Positions 20,791 to 32,101 of a DNA stretch of 64,000 nt are shown piece after piece (the first letter of the stretch is position 1; every line of letters starts with the position of its first letter). The notes below the pieces were generated by a model. That model did no database searches, was not told the origin of the DNA, and saw only the letters and a list, made by a program, of their open reading frames with translations. The DNA comes from an uncultured Planctomycetota bacterium (lineage in GTDB: Bacteria > Planctomycetota > Planctomycetia > Pirellulales > Lacipirellulaceae). The translations under genes and the position numbers were made by a program. The DNA lies in the NCBI GenBank assembly GCA_963719315.1, contig CAVRBU010000002.1, forward strand, positions 192,001 through 256,000, in the 5' to 3' direction.

Positions 20791-21570
20791 ATGAACCTTG
20801 AAACATTTCTCGTCAGCCGGTTCATGGTGTTTACGCTGGTGCTCGCTCGCACCGGAGCGCTGATGACGACTGCGCCCATCTTCGGCACCCTTGCGTTGCC
20901 GCGACAAGTTCGAGCGCTGCTAGCGGTCGCGATGTCCTTGCTCGTGACGCCTGTGTTCCTGAACACGTCGATGCCGCCTACCGAAAACCTTGCCGAGTAC
21001 GGCCGGCTGATAGCGAACGAAACGCTCGTCGGTCTGATGCTGGGACTGGGCATCAACATTCTGTTTTCCGGTATCCAAGTGGCCGGGCAAATTGTGAGCC
21101 AACTCAGCGGATTGTCGTTGGCCGACGTTTTCAGTCCCGGGTTTGACGAAGACGTTTCGATTTTCTCGCAGTTGTTTTATTTCCTGACGCTGGCGGTTTT
21201 TGTTGCAGTCGGCGGGCATCGGATCGTGACGCAATCGCTGTTGGAGACGTTTGTCGCTCTGCCTCCCGGCCACGCAGCGCTCGGCACCAGCTTCGTTGAA
21301 GTCCTCACGAGCATCATCACCCAGGCGTTCGCGCTCGGCATTCGGGCTGCCGCCCCGCTGCTGACGGCGCTGCTCCTATCGAATCTCGTGCTGGGCCTCA
21401 TCAGCCGCACCCTGCCGCAGATCAACGTGATTGCCGTAGGCTTCGGCCTTAATGCGTTACTGGCAATGGGGCTGCTGTTCCTATCGCTGGGCGCGGCAGC
21501 ATGGACATTTCAAGACCCAACGATCGAAGTAATGCATCGAATTCAAGAAGCGCTAATCGCCAGCAATTAG
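20791..21570 (+). CDS. fliR: Export gate protein FliR
   Basis: Polytopic; APIFG, QVAGQIV, GLISRTLPQINV. Confidence 0.93.
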   Translation: MNLETFLVSRFMVFTLVLARTGALMTTAPIFGTLALPRQVRALLAVAMSLLVTPVFLNTSMPPTENLAEYGRLIANETLVGLMLGLGINILFSGIQVAGQIVSQLSGLSLADVFSPGFDEDVSIFSQLFYFLTLAVFVAVGGHRIVTQSLLETFVALPPGHAALGTSFVEVLTSIITQAFALGIRAAAPLLTALLLSNLVLGLISRTLPQINVIAVGFGLNALLAMGLLFLSLGAAAWTFQDPTIEVMHRIQEALIASN

Positions 21571-21663
21571 CCGTCAAACTGCAACTGTCAGACAAGTTTA
21601 GAAGTCGAACTTTGTCTTTCATTTCCAGCCCTCAACCTTCGACCCTCGACCCTCGACCCTTCC

Positions 21664-22749
21664 ATGGCCGAAAACGCCGGTGAAAAATCGTTCGACGCGA
21701 CGCCGCATCGACGTCAGGAAGCGCGCGAGAAGGGCCAGGTCGCGTTCAGCCAGGACTTGGGCTCGGCCGCGATGTTGATGCTGGCCGCGTTTTTGCTGCT
21801 GATGCTGGGTGGCGCTCTCATGGAATTTTGCGCGACGCTCATGCGCCATCAATTGGGCGACGTCATGGAGCTGCGCACAACGCAAGAAACGCTCCTCAGT
21901 GAATGGGTGCATATCGCGGTTTCGCTTTCAGCGGTGATGCTGCCAATCCTGGGGCTGATGATGCTTGGCGGCATTTTGACCAGCCTGCTGCAAGTCGGAT
22001 TTCTGTGGATTCCCGACCGTCTCGCGCCCGATATCAGCCGAATCAACCCGGCCTCTGGTCTCAAGCGAATCTTTTCATTATCTGGCACGGCGCGACTTGG
22101 GTTTGGACTCGTAAAAGTGCTCGTCGTAGGCGGTGTGGCAATCGCGGTGTTGTGGATGCGGTGGGACGAAGTGCTCCGCTCCTCCGCCCTCGATACGCCA
22201 CAGTTCGCCAAATTCCTGGTCAGCATTTCGCTCAACACGGTGCTCTGGATCGCGGCGGTCCTGCTGCTTATTGCGGTGCTCGACTACGGCGTGCAACGAT
22301 GGAAATACGAGCAGGACCTGCGGATGACACACCAGGAAATACGCGAAGAAATGAAAAACGTGCAGGGCGATCCGCAGATCGTTGCCCGCCGTCGAGCGAT
22401 CCAACGACAGATGGCGCTCAATCGAATCTCCACGAGCGTACCCAAGGCGGACGTAATCGTGACCAATCCCACCGAGCTGTCTGTCGCAATTCAGTACGAT
22501 CCGAAGGAGATGGCGGCCCCGGTTGTGGTCGCGAAAGGCGCCGGCGTGCTTGCCCAGCGTATTCGCCGACTAGCGCTGGAGAACAACATTCCGGTCGTCG
22601 AGCGCAAGCCGCTCGCCCAGCTTCTCTACAAGGAAGTCGATATTAACAAGCCGATTCCAGCAGAATCGTACGCCGCGGTCGCCGAAGTATTGGCGTACGT
22701 CTACCAACTGCAAGGCAAAAAAATGCCCATGCCGCCCCGAGCCGCATAG
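21664..22749 (+). CDS. flhB: Export switch protein FlhB
   Basis: ATPHRRQEAREKGQV, EMKNVQGDP, NPTE autocleavage-type motif, PVVVAKG. Confidence 0.95.
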   Translation: MAENAGEKSFDATPHRRQEAREKGQVAFSQDLGSAAMLMLAAFLLLMLGGALMEFCATLMRHQLGDVMELRTTQETLLSEWVHIAVSLSAVMLPILGLMMLGGILTSLLQVGFLWIPDRLAPDISRINPASGLKRIFSLSGTARLGFGLVKVLVVGGVAIAVLWMRWDEVLRSSALDTPQFAKFLVSISLNTVLWIAAVLLLIAVLDYGVQRWKYEQDLRMTHQEIREEMKNVQGDPQIVARRRAIQRQMALNRISTSVPKADVIVTNPTELSVAIQYDPKEMAAPVVVAKGAGVLAQRIRRLALENNIPVVERKPLAQLLYKEVDINKPIPAESYAAVAEVLAYVYQLQGKKMPMPPRAA

Positions 22750-22838
22750 ACGCCGCCCCCCATTGGCGTCGGCGGCAACGCCGAATCTCGCTGTTACCGT
22801 ATCCCGCGCCGCGCACTTCAACTCTGTGAATCCCGTTC

Positions 22839-23483
22839 TCAATCGCCACCGCGCGTTTGCCCATTTGCGTCATAAAACAAGCCCCCAGGATGCGGTCCCG
22901 ACTTATTGGCGAACATCTCCTTCTGTTCGTCATACGACATTTCCGGTCCGATGTACCAAGGGTCATAATTCCCCCATTCCGACAACGCCTGTCGATCGTT
23001 GAGGTCCCAACCTCGAGGCCTGCTCGGATTGGAGCGATCGATTACGAACACGTAGTGACAAATGGCAACGCCCGAAGTTGTCGAATCGGGGTCTGCTTGA
23101 GCTGGGCAGCGAAACAAGCGAGGACGCGGAAGCTCCGTATTCTTCGGAATGCCGTTGGCCAGCGCGTCGGCCAGGGGCCACTCTTCCATCCACTTCAAAC
23201 AATCAATTGTCCAGTGATTAGGGCTGGGGAATTTTCTGGCGCTATTAATGTAGGACCCGACCGCCATTCCCACTTGCCGGAGGTTGTTTTGGCACTGCGT
23301 CGTTAGCGCTCGGTGCCGCGCCGCTTGAAGCGCGGGAAATAGCAGCCCCATCATAATGGAGATGATGAACAGCACCACCAACAGCTCGATCAGAGAGGCT
23401 CCGCGCGGAGAACAGCGCGATGAAAGCGCTATATCGCTTCGAGCCGAGTAGCGCACGCCACACAAAAGAGAAATGGCTGCCAT
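22839..23483 (-). CDS. Prepilin-type N-terminal (DUF1559-like) protein
   Basis: GASLIELLVVLFIISIMMGLLFPALQAAR...CQNNLRQ. Confidence 0.8.
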   Translation of the reverse strand: MAAISLLCGVRYSARSDIALSSRCSPRGASLIELLVVLFIISIMMGLLFPALQAARHRALTTQCQNNLRQVGMAVGSYINSARKFPSPNHWTIDCLKWMEEWPLADALANGIPKNTELPRPRLFRCPAQADPDSTTSGVAICHYVFVIDRSNPSRPRGWDLNDRQALSEWGNYDPWYIGPEMSYDEQKEMFANKSGPHPGGLFYDANGQTRGGD

Positions 23484-23518
23484 GCTGAGATTATGTAGCC
23501 GGCGAAAGAAAATAGCAA

Positions 23519-24700
23519 CTACGCCGAGGCGCTCGCCGCCTCGTGGCCGTTGTAACCGTACCGCTGGAAGTAAGGTGCCCACCGGCCACGAACCCGCTCC
23601 GCCACATCGGGCGGCAACGAATACTTGTTCGTCTTGTAGTCGCGGGTCTTCATCGTGTGCCGCAACAATGCGGGTTCGACGTCGGCGAAGTCTCCCAGGC
23701 CCAGCCGCTGATAGATCTGCCGCATTTCGCCCACCGGGTCCGCGACGAGGTCTTCGTAGCGAATATCGACGAGCCGGCCCGGCGGAATGAGTTCGCGGTC
23801 CTGTTCGAAGCATTCATACATCCGCACGAAGTTGTCGAGGACGCTGTTCTCCATCCAACCGGCGTCGTCGTGCGGAATCTGAAAGCCCTGCACTTCGCTC
23901 AACGATTTCCACAATCGCACTGTGGAAGGAAACAACACCAGCGGGTCGCGAACGATGTGAATGAACCTTGCGTTCGGAAACACTTCCAGAATCGTCCGCA
24001 CACGGGCCGTATGCGTAGGCGATTTCAACACGACCCGGCGATTGTTCGCCAGCGCCACGCGCTGGACGAACCCCCGCCACTTCTGCTTCCACGATTCGCG
24101 CTCGGCGTTCGGCAGCATGCGGAGGTCGAGGTATTCGTCCGCCACGGGGCCGTGATTCGGAAACGCCCACACCAAATAGGGCGACGGCACGCCCATGTTC
24201 ACCAGCGCAAACTCATCCTCCTGCGGCCGGTCCCAACCGGCCACAACATCGTCCATCGGTCGTTTCTTGGGAAGAAACGCGCGGACGATCGGCGGAATAA
24301 ACCACGACGTCCACAGAAAGTGATGTGGCGCGAAGCACTGATAGGTCGATGGGCACGTGTGCCGCTCGTCGAGCATCAACAACTCGTGCATCAGCGTCGT
24401 GCCGCTGCGCCAATGGCCAAGCACGAACAGCGGCGGCTCTTTCAGCTTCACGCGCCGAATCGCATTGCTGAACAGGAACCATTCGAATACACCGCAGAAC
24501 GTGTTGAGTATGCTAACGATGGTTACCGTAATGACCATCGACCAGCGGATCGGCGGCACGGCAAATCGGTTGCGCGCGAGCAGCCGGATCCAAGTGAAGA
24601 AGTCCATTCCGTGCCAGAACCGCAGCGCCCATCGAGGGTAGCGGTGCAACGGCTGGTCGGTGTAGGCAGGTTTTGCAGGCTCGTTGCGCGGGGCGGTCAT
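23519..24700 (-). CDS. PAPS-dependent sulfotransferase family protein
   Basis: GHWRSGTT 5'-PSB loop, LKSPTH, HIVRDP, IRYEDL. Confidence 0.9.
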   Translation of the reverse strand: MTAPRNEPAKPAYTDQPLHRYPRWALRFWHGMDFFTWIRLLARNRFAVPPIRWSMVITVTIVSILNTFCGVFEWFLFSNAIRRVKLKEPPLFVLGHWRSGTTLMHELLMLDERHTCPSTYQCFAPHHFLWTSWFIPPIVRAFLPKKRPMDDVVAGWDRPQEDEFALVNMGVPSPYLVWAFPNHGPVADEYLDLRMLPNAERESWKQKWRGFVQRVALANNRRVVLKSPTHTARVRTILEVFPNARFIHIVRDPLVLFPSTVRLWKSLSEVQGFQIPHDDAGWMENSVLDNFVRMYECFEQDRELIPPGRLVDIRYEDLVADPVGEMRQIYQRLGLGDFADVEPALLRHTMKTRDYKTNKYSLPPDVAERVRGRWAPYFQRYGYNGHEAASASA

Positions 24701-24747
24701 GACGGGTCCAGGCGGGAGGATCGGCTGGTGTAGCTAATCCATTGTAA

Positions 24748-27225
24748 TTAGGAAGTCTCACCGGGGGTGGGCACGATTGGGCCGACGGAATTTACAAGTT
24801 GCTCTTCGGCGGCAAGATCCAGTTCGTTAAGCGATTGGCCGGCGGGCAACGAAAAATCGATGGCCGGCGTTTTCTGGCGAAAGCGGCGATCTCCCCGAGC
24901 GTATACTACGGCCGCGATCCAGATTCCGGCCAGGCCCGTCAAGAACAAGCCCACGCCAACGTACCGCGAAAGGGACGATCCGCCTTGCTCCACGGTTAGC
25001 ACAAGCGGCGCACGGCCGATCAGCAGCGGCGCGAAACGGGCCGGGTCGATGTCTCCACCGGCGTTCCCGTCTTCAGTATTGGGATCTTCTGAATTCGTCC
25101 CTCGCGCGTGGTACAGCCAATCTTTGAAAAAGAAGCCGGCAACGCGCACCGGCTCGTGCAGCAAGTCGCCGGTGGGGAAGCCTTCCGGCAAATCGCGAGC
25201 GCAGAATACCAAGGGATGATTCTGTGAGTCCTCGGTGAAAACTTCGATCTCGAAATAATGATCGATATTGAAACGGCGGGCGACATCGCTCGGTTCGCCA
25301 TCGGCCTTCGCGCCGACCTCCACGCGCGTTACCCGTTTCGCCGTTCCATCGAACACGAACAATCGGCCGATTTGACTTTGAGCATCGTTGAACAACGTGG
25401 CAACACTATATCGGCCTTCCGCTGCCCGTCGCAAAGCCTCGTGCGCCAGCAAGCGTTGCGGCGCTGTTTTCGCAACGGCCAGTCTTCGTTCCCATTCTTC
25501 GCGTACCGCTGGCAAGTTTTGCTGCGCAATGCGGGCGAGCTGGTTCGCGCCGATCTGCCCGGCGGCGTTGAGGAGTTGATAAAACGCCTCGCGCTCCTCG
25601 GCGCGAATTGGTCCGCGGCCTTGAATTTGGTCCAATAGTCCCACATCCACGCCGAGGCTGCCGAGAACCACTTTGCCGAACGACCGATCGGCACTTCCGC
25701 CAAGCTGCTGCTCGATCGTCGGATTGAGCAGAGCGCGAACTTCATCGGACCGCTGCCCAGGGTGCCAGGCGATTTCCTTGGCCAACCAGAGGCTGGTCGG
25801 CGGGGAATCATTGCCGATTCTTTTAAAGTACAGAGCAACGGCTGAGACCCGTTCATTGAGCGGATCGGACCGCAGCCATTCTCGCGGCACGCGAGTCGTG
25901 AGGATCGTTGCCGAACCGGCCTCTTTGTCGAGCGCGACTTCGCACTCAAAATACTCGGGCATTTCAAGCCGCTCTGCGTCGGCGGCGGCTGGTTTTCGCG
26001 AAGTGACCTTCGTCACGCGGCCCGTCAAACGAACTAACTGCCCTCGGCAATCATTCGGGCTTTCGAGCACATCGATGGGCGACAAATCATCGTGCACCCA
26101 ACCGTCGAGATCCGATGAATTGAACGACCGCAACCGCCGCAGCAGTTCGAGCGCTTTCGTGCGTTGGGTATCGGAGAGCGGTTGGCCGTCGTCGAATTCA
26201 GCGAGGCTCTCCACGCTCCAACCGGCAAGGGCGAGCACGTCGCGAAACGAAGTCGTGGGCTTTGAGGGTACGGGGGAGTCGCCCCTCTTGGCAAATTCCT
26301 TTGTTGCATCCGAATTCATCACAACTTCGATCGCAGCCGGCGGATGGATATCCGTCATGCCGGGACCGCAGGCCACGACGCCGTAGTATTCTATGCTATT
26401 GGCTACAATCACGGGCGCCGTGCCGAGGCCGCCTTTCCATTCGTAGGATAACTTCTTGAAGAACAGCCCCGTAACTTTCGCGTAGCTGCCAGCTTGATCG
26501 TCGCCGACTTTCAATTGCGGCGGCAGATCGAGACAATATACGAAAATAGGCCAGGAAGAACCGTCCGCGGGCTGAAGAACGACACGATAGTACGCCTTGA
26601 TTCCCAGATCGTTCGGCGCCGGAGTTTGTTCGGTAACTTGACGGACGAATCCATAAGTATCGATCAGCTTGCCCCGATAGAAACTCGGCCGATCAACGAG
26701 CTGCACGTAGCTGGCAGAGATCGTGTGGGCGGCTTTCAGCTCGGCGGCAGACGACTGTTGCAGCAGCTTGAAGAATTGAAACCACGCATCTTTTTCCGCC
26801 TGGCGAAAGTACGTGTTATCGGTGATTGTCGAAAGCCGATTGGCCTCGACGGCGGGAAACAATCCAGCGGTAGGCGGCGTACTCTTTTGGGAATCGGGCG
26901 GCGACGCTTCCTTCGACTCAGGCTTTGAAGCTTGCTTGTCGCCATGAAACGCACCCAGCGGCAACGGCTTAATGCGGTCCGGCTTAGCCCCGTCCACCAC
27001 GTCCGTGGGTGGTTGCATTGTTTCAGCTCCCGACGCCGTTTTGCGGTCGTCGGCCACTTGCGTGAAAAACTGGTTCACGCGATTCGCGATATTCGGGTTG
27101 CGCAGCCGGCCCATTACGATGATCACCAGTCCCAGCGGCACGAACAGCAACAGCAGCCGCCACTGCTCCCCCCGCGACAAAAAGTTCCGAACGCGGCGGT
27201 GATCGGGTTTCAAGAGGCGAACCAT
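24748..27225 (-). CDS. Hypothetical membrane protein, two TM anchors and three internal repeat domains
   Basis: 825-aa ORF; recurring P..xRG.L....G.V..V and V.G.FFK motifs. Confidence 0.75.
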   Translation of the reverse strand: MVRLLKPDHRRVRNFLSRGEQWRLLLLFVPLGLVIIVMGRLRNPNIANRVNQFFTQVADDRKTASGAETMQPPTDVVDGAKPDRIKPLPLGAFHGDKQASKPESKEASPPDSQKSTPPTAGLFPAVEANRLSTITDNTYFRQAEKDAWFQFFKLLQQSSAAELKAAHTISASYVQLVDRPSFYRGKLIDTYGFVRQVTEQTPAPNDLGIKAYYRVVLQPADGSSWPIFVYCLDLPPQLKVGDDQAGSYAKVTGLFFKKLSYEWKGGLGTAPVIVANSIEYYGVVACGPGMTDIHPPAAIEVVMNSDATKEFAKRGDSPVPSKPTTSFRDVLALAGWSVESLAEFDDGQPLSDTQRTKALELLRRLRSFNSSDLDGWVHDDLSPIDVLESPNDCRGQLVRLTGRVTKVTSRKPAAADAERLEMPEYFECEVALDKEAGSATILTTRVPREWLRSDPLNERVSAVALYFKRIGNDSPPTSLWLAKEIAWHPGQRSDEVRALLNPTIEQQLGGSADRSFGKVVLGSLGVDVGLLDQIQGRGPIRAEEREAFYQLLNAAGQIGANQLARIAQQNLPAVREEWERRLAVAKTAPQRLLAHEALRRAAEGRYSVATLFNDAQSQIGRLFVFDGTAKRVTRVEVGAKADGEPSDVARRFNIDHYFEIEVFTEDSQNHPLVFCARDLPEGFPTGDLLHEPVRVAGFFFKDWLYHARGTNSEDPNTEDGNAGGDIDPARFAPLLIGRAPLVLTVEQGGSSLSRYVGVGLFLTGLAGIWIAAVVYARGDRRFRQKTPAIDFSLPAGQSLNELDLAAEEQLVNSVGPIVPTPGETS

Positions 27226-27605
27226 GGGGATACTAATGAGTAGGAGCGTCTAACGAATTGGCCGGGGACTGCCCTTTCCAGGCAGGACGAGCACGACGAA
27301 TGCATCCTCGCATCAAGCCTTGAGACCATCCCATAGAACTCCGCTTCCGCGTGGAACGAATTCCGGCAAAAAAGCGTGCCGTCGTCTGTAATTGTATTAG
27401 CCGCTTGGACTTGCGACAACACGCATCCGGCAGTGCCAAGTATCGCTATCGTTCCATTGGAGCACTTTTCCAGAAACTTTCCCCTCTTGGGAATAAGCGG
27501 TCGATCCTCTCGCGAATTGTAGTGCGATAGTCGGCATGTGATACAATAATCACGGCCTAGGCCACCGGCTATCGCGCGGAACAGGCTAACGGAGAGAGGC
27601 AACGG

Positions 27606-28175
27606 GTGGCTCTGACGCGGACAGACTTTGTTGTTCTGATCCACGATCATGCTCCGGCATTGTATCGGATCGCTTATCGGCTGGTGGGCGATTGTCACGA
27701 TGCGGAGGATGTCGTGCAGGAGACATTGCGCAGTGCGTGGAAGAGTCGGGCAAACTTTACGTGCGGACGTGGCCAGCGGGCGTGGCTGGCTGCGATTCTG
27801 CGACGTAGAGTGATCGATCGTTGGCGACGTGCTGGCCGACGAATGGTGCTTGTTGGGGAAGGACCACTGGAGGTGCCGGTAACGGCGCTGGATCCAACCT
27901 CGAACGAGTTCACAGACGAAATGCAACAGGCCCTCTCTCAACTTCCCTCGGAATTGCGCGAGTCCCTCCTGTTGGTCGTCGTGGGCGAGTTAACGCATCA
28001 AGAAACGGCCAACGCACTCGGTGTACCGCTCGGCACTGTTCTGTCGCGCGTCAGCCGAGCCCGCCAGCGGTTACGAAAACATCTGCTTGAAGTGCGAGGA
28101 GCGAGGAGCGGGGAGCGGGGAGCAAGAATTCAGAACTCCTACTCGATACTCCCAGCTTCCTGCTCCCCGCTATGA
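27606..28175 (+). CDS. ECF sigma factor
   Basis: DAEDVVQET, RAWLAAILRRRVIDRW, LGVPLGTVLSRVSRAR. Confidence 0.92.
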   Translation: MALTRTDFVVLIHDHAPALYRIAYRLVGDCHDAEDVVQETLRSAWKSRANFTCGRGQRAWLAAILRRRVIDRWRRAGRRMVLVGEGPLEVPVTALDPTSNEFTDEMQQALSQLPSELRESLLLVVVGELTHQETANALGVPLGTVLSRVSRARQRLRKHLLEVRGARSGERGARIQNSYSILPASCSPL

Positions 28176-28347
28176 AAGGTGGAGTGCGAGATGCTTGGAG
28201 ACCGACAGTACGAATGTCTTGCTCCATGCTCCCCGCTCCAAGCTCCACGCTGACATACACGCGGCAAGATTCGCGCGCGTGCTCGCCACGAGTCCAGGGC
28301 GGCCAGGTGGGCGGCAACCAGGACTCGAATGCTCAAGGTTTACGATC

Positions 28348-28578
28348 ATGGCGTATCCACACTCGAACCCGTCGTCCTTCGGCGACACATTGAACGCTTC
28401 TATCGATTCCCTTGCGGCGCTCGATGCCTTTCAGCCGTTCGTACAATCAAACGACCGGGCGATCGATGCCGCGCTCAAGAGCGTGCCGCTGCCTGAAGGC
28501 CTCTTGAACCGGCTCGGGCTGCTAGTCGGTGCGATGTCGGATGAAGTGTCCGACCCGGTGGACTATTTAGGCTGCTGA
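28348..28578 (+). CDS. Small protein, candidate anti-sigma fragment
   Basis: Directly after the ECF; DRAIDAALKSVPLPEGLLNRL resembles the helix after the anti-sigma domain (inference). Confidence 0.4.
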   Translation: MAYPHSNPSSFGDTLNASIDSLAALDAFQPFVQSNDRAIDAALKSVPLPEGLLNRLGLLVGAMSDEVSDPVDYLGC

Positions 28579-28795
28579 GTGTAGTCCTCCCGCTCTGCGG
28601 GAGGAAATTACATTCGCGGAGCGAGATGGTTACACTCTCGCGGCGGCGCTAGCATCGCTCTTCTCTTCCGCTAGAATAAGTCTGTGGCAACATTCGCGTC
28701 GTCGCGGCTGCTACCGCGTACCCCCACAAGACTTTTCCGTGCCGTTTTTTCGAAAGAAAGCCGGCGCACACAGAGAGATCGGGCGCTTTTCTAGC

Positions 28796-31700
28796 ATGTT
28801 TTTTGGCTTCGCAAGGATTCGGCGACAGGTGCGGCAGCAACGCGCGTCGGTTGGGATTCCGACTTTATCGGCGGCACTTGCTCTTCTCATTGCATTGCCG
28901 TGCGCTGCCATCGCCGTTGAGCCAGCGGAAGATTTTGTAAAGGGCCTGCAGGATCGCGGACTGCATGAGTTAGCGCTCGAATACTTGGATGGATTGAAGT
29001 CGAGCCCGCTGGCCGACGAAGCAACGCGCAAACAGATTCCGTACTTGCGCGGCGTGGCGCTAATCGAACAATCGCGGCAGTCTGCCGACCCAGCCGCCCG
29101 CAATCGGCTCCTGGATGATGCGCGGAAAGAGCTCGAGCAATATGCGGAGGCGAATCCTCAAAGTGTGCCAGGCGCCGAGCGCAACTGCAGTTGGCAACCG
29201 TACAGATGGCGCGCGGGCAGGAACTAGTGGCCGAGGCCGCCAAGCTTCCGCAGGAAAAGATTTACGACGGCCAGCGGAAGAACCTGAATCGCGACGCCCG
29301 CATGCGTTTTGCCGAGGCCCGCGAAACATTTCAACGCGCCGAATCGACCTACACCAAAGAACTGGAGAAGTTGCCGCCTACATTGAGCAACGAAGCCCGC
29401 GACGATACGGGATCGCAGCGCCAGCAGTTTCGCGGCCGCGTCGCTCAGTTGCGCTACCTGGCATCGCAAACGCAATTCGAATTGGCCCGCACGTACCCCC
29501 CTGAGGCCGATGAATACAAACAACTCAACAAGACTGCCGCCGATGAACTGGCTGCCGTCTACGAAGAATTCGGCCGAAGCGCCAATTCCTTCGTCGGACT
29601 CTACGCGCATCTTGCGGAAGGACGCTGCTATCAGGCGATCGGCGAATACACGATGGCGCTCGGCTGCTACGAAGATATCTTGAAGCAGCCCAACGTGCTG
29701 GCGCCGTTTCGAAAACTCATCGCCACGGCTTTGCAGCGTAAAGCCGAAGTGCTCATTGCGCAAGAGAAGTACGATCCCGCGATCGACGCCTGCAACGCCT
29801 GCTTGAAGGACGCGCGCCAAGACGAGGAAAAGCAGCCGGAATGGCTGGCCGTGCGCTATCGCTTGGCGGAAGCACTTTCGAAGAAGGCCAATACCGTGGC
29901 AACCGATTCGCTCGAACAAAAGAAACTGCTCGCCGAAGCCCACGAGGCGTATCGATTCGTCGCCAAGATGCCAAGCGAGTTCCAGGCGGTGGCGCGGACC
30001 GCGGCGGCTGGGCCGTTCGGATCGACAGCAGGCGAGGCGATTAAGAAGGAGGAGCCGCGAACCTTTCAGGCCGCATACGATTTGGGTAAGGATGCGCTGG
30101 CCTCGTACAATGCGGCAAAGCTGGCGATTCCAAGCGCGGAAAAAAATAATCCCCCTGCCGTGCCGCTACTTCAGGCCCAAATGGAACGCGGCAAGGAGGA
30201 CGCTCGACACTACTTTCGTCTGGCCTCCACGCTCGTGGAAGTGGACACCGACCCCAAGCTCGTCAACGAAGTCCGCTATTTCCTGTGCTGGCTATATTGG
30301 GAAGCTGAAGATTATTATCGGGCCGCGGTGCTGGGTGACTTCTTGGCGCGGCGATTTCCCGACCATCCAGTCGCAAGTTCGGCGGCCAAGATTTCAATGG
30401 CCTCCTTCGAGCGGCTTTATAACCAGGCGCTGGCCGCGGGCACAAAAAAGGATGACGGGGAATTCGAAGCGCGGCAAATGGCTCAGATGGCGGAATTCAT
30501 CGTCCGCCGCTGGCCCGGCACCGAAGATGCCGACGCCGCTTTTGGCGTTCTGGTAAGCGTCGCCATTCGCAGCGGAAAGACGGACGATGCGGAGCGACTC
30601 CTCCAGCAGGCTTCACCCCAATCGCGACCGCGGCTGGAGCTCATGCTCGGCAACGCAATGTGGGGGCGATACCTAGAACTATCGCAGCCCGATCAAGCCA
30701 CTCCACCGGACGCGGACGCGCTCGCCAAACTGAAATCATCGGCGGTGAAGTACCTGCATCGTGGTTTCGACGCCGCCCGTAAAGAGGCGAACGTGAGTGA
30801 CGCCGCCGCGACCGCAGCCCTCTATTTGGTTCAAGCGCTCCTCAGCGACGGCAACTACACCGACGCAATTGGATTACTGGAAAACAAGAAATCGGGGCCG
30901 CTGACGCTCATCCAAAAGAATCAATCGACTGCCTCGAAGCCGCCGTATGCGATCGAGGCTTACAAAGCGGCGCTCCGGGCGTATGTGTCCGTCACGCCGC
31001 CCGATGACAAAAAAGCCGTCGCCACGATGCAATCTCTGGAAAAAGTCGTCAAGGCGAGCGGCGAGGCCGACGGCAAAGCCGGCGAACAGCTCACGCGAAT
31101 CTACATTGGCATGAGTATGGCGCTACAGAAACAAATGGAAGAACTCCGCGCCGCCGGTAAGCAGCAAGAGGCGACTCGCGTGGCCGCCGCCTTCGCGCAA
31201 TTCCTCGACCGCATCCGCGCCCAACGAGGCGATACGAACTGGCCCACTCGCGTCTGGCTCGCACAAATGTACTACACCATGGGCACCGATGATCCGTCTC
31301 TTCAGCAAGCCGGATCGACTCCAGCCCCCACCGCCCCGCCCAGCAAGCAAGCGCGCGACTACCTCGCAAAATCCCGCGACGCCTATCAGCAGCTTCTCGA
31401 CGATGTGACCAAGGACCCCAAGCTCGCTCCCAGCGAAAACGCCGTGCTAGCCGCAAGACTGCAGCTTGGCGAGTGTTACCGCGCACTCGGTCAATATGAC
31501 AAAGCGCTCGACACGTTTTCCGATATCTTGCGCGAAAAGGAAGCGTCGCTCGCCGTACAAAGGTCTGCGGCACTTGCTTACCAGGATCGAGGCCAGCACG
31601 AAAACCCCCAGTGGTTCGAGCGAGCTATCCACGGTGGATATCAGTTGAAATCAACTGGCCAGAACCGCATCTGGGGATGGCTGCGAATTTCGCAAGTGGC

Positions 31701-31944
31701 TGCCCGGGCCGCGCAATCGGACCCGAAATTCAACGACTCATTTTATGAAGCCCGACTAAACATCTCGAAATGCCGCTACTTGGCTGCGATGAAACAGTCG
31801 GGCGACGCGCGGCGACAAGACCTGACCAAAGCCAAGCAAAGCATCTTGTCGCTCGCCCAGCTTTACCCAACCCTGGGGGGCGAACGCTGGAAGCCGGAGT
31901 TCGACGCGCTACTAAAGCAGATTCAATCGGCAGAGAATGAATAA
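28796..31944 (+). CDS. Large secreted TPR-like protein; frameshift near 29179
   Basis: Signal-like segment in ORF 28739-29227; restoring one G (GAG GCG) joins it to the 917-aa helical-repeat ORF. Confidence 0.75.
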
Positions 31945-32101
31945 CCTCCCGCCGCGAAGATTTGGCCGGCCAATTCAAGTTTGAAGAATTGAACGCAGAA
32001 TGTTAACCACGACGACACGACGGGCGCGTAGAAAATTCGATTCGTTTCAATTGCGGGGCTCCGCCCCGCCGTGCCGTCGTGGTAAGGTTTTCGGAGTTGT
32101 T

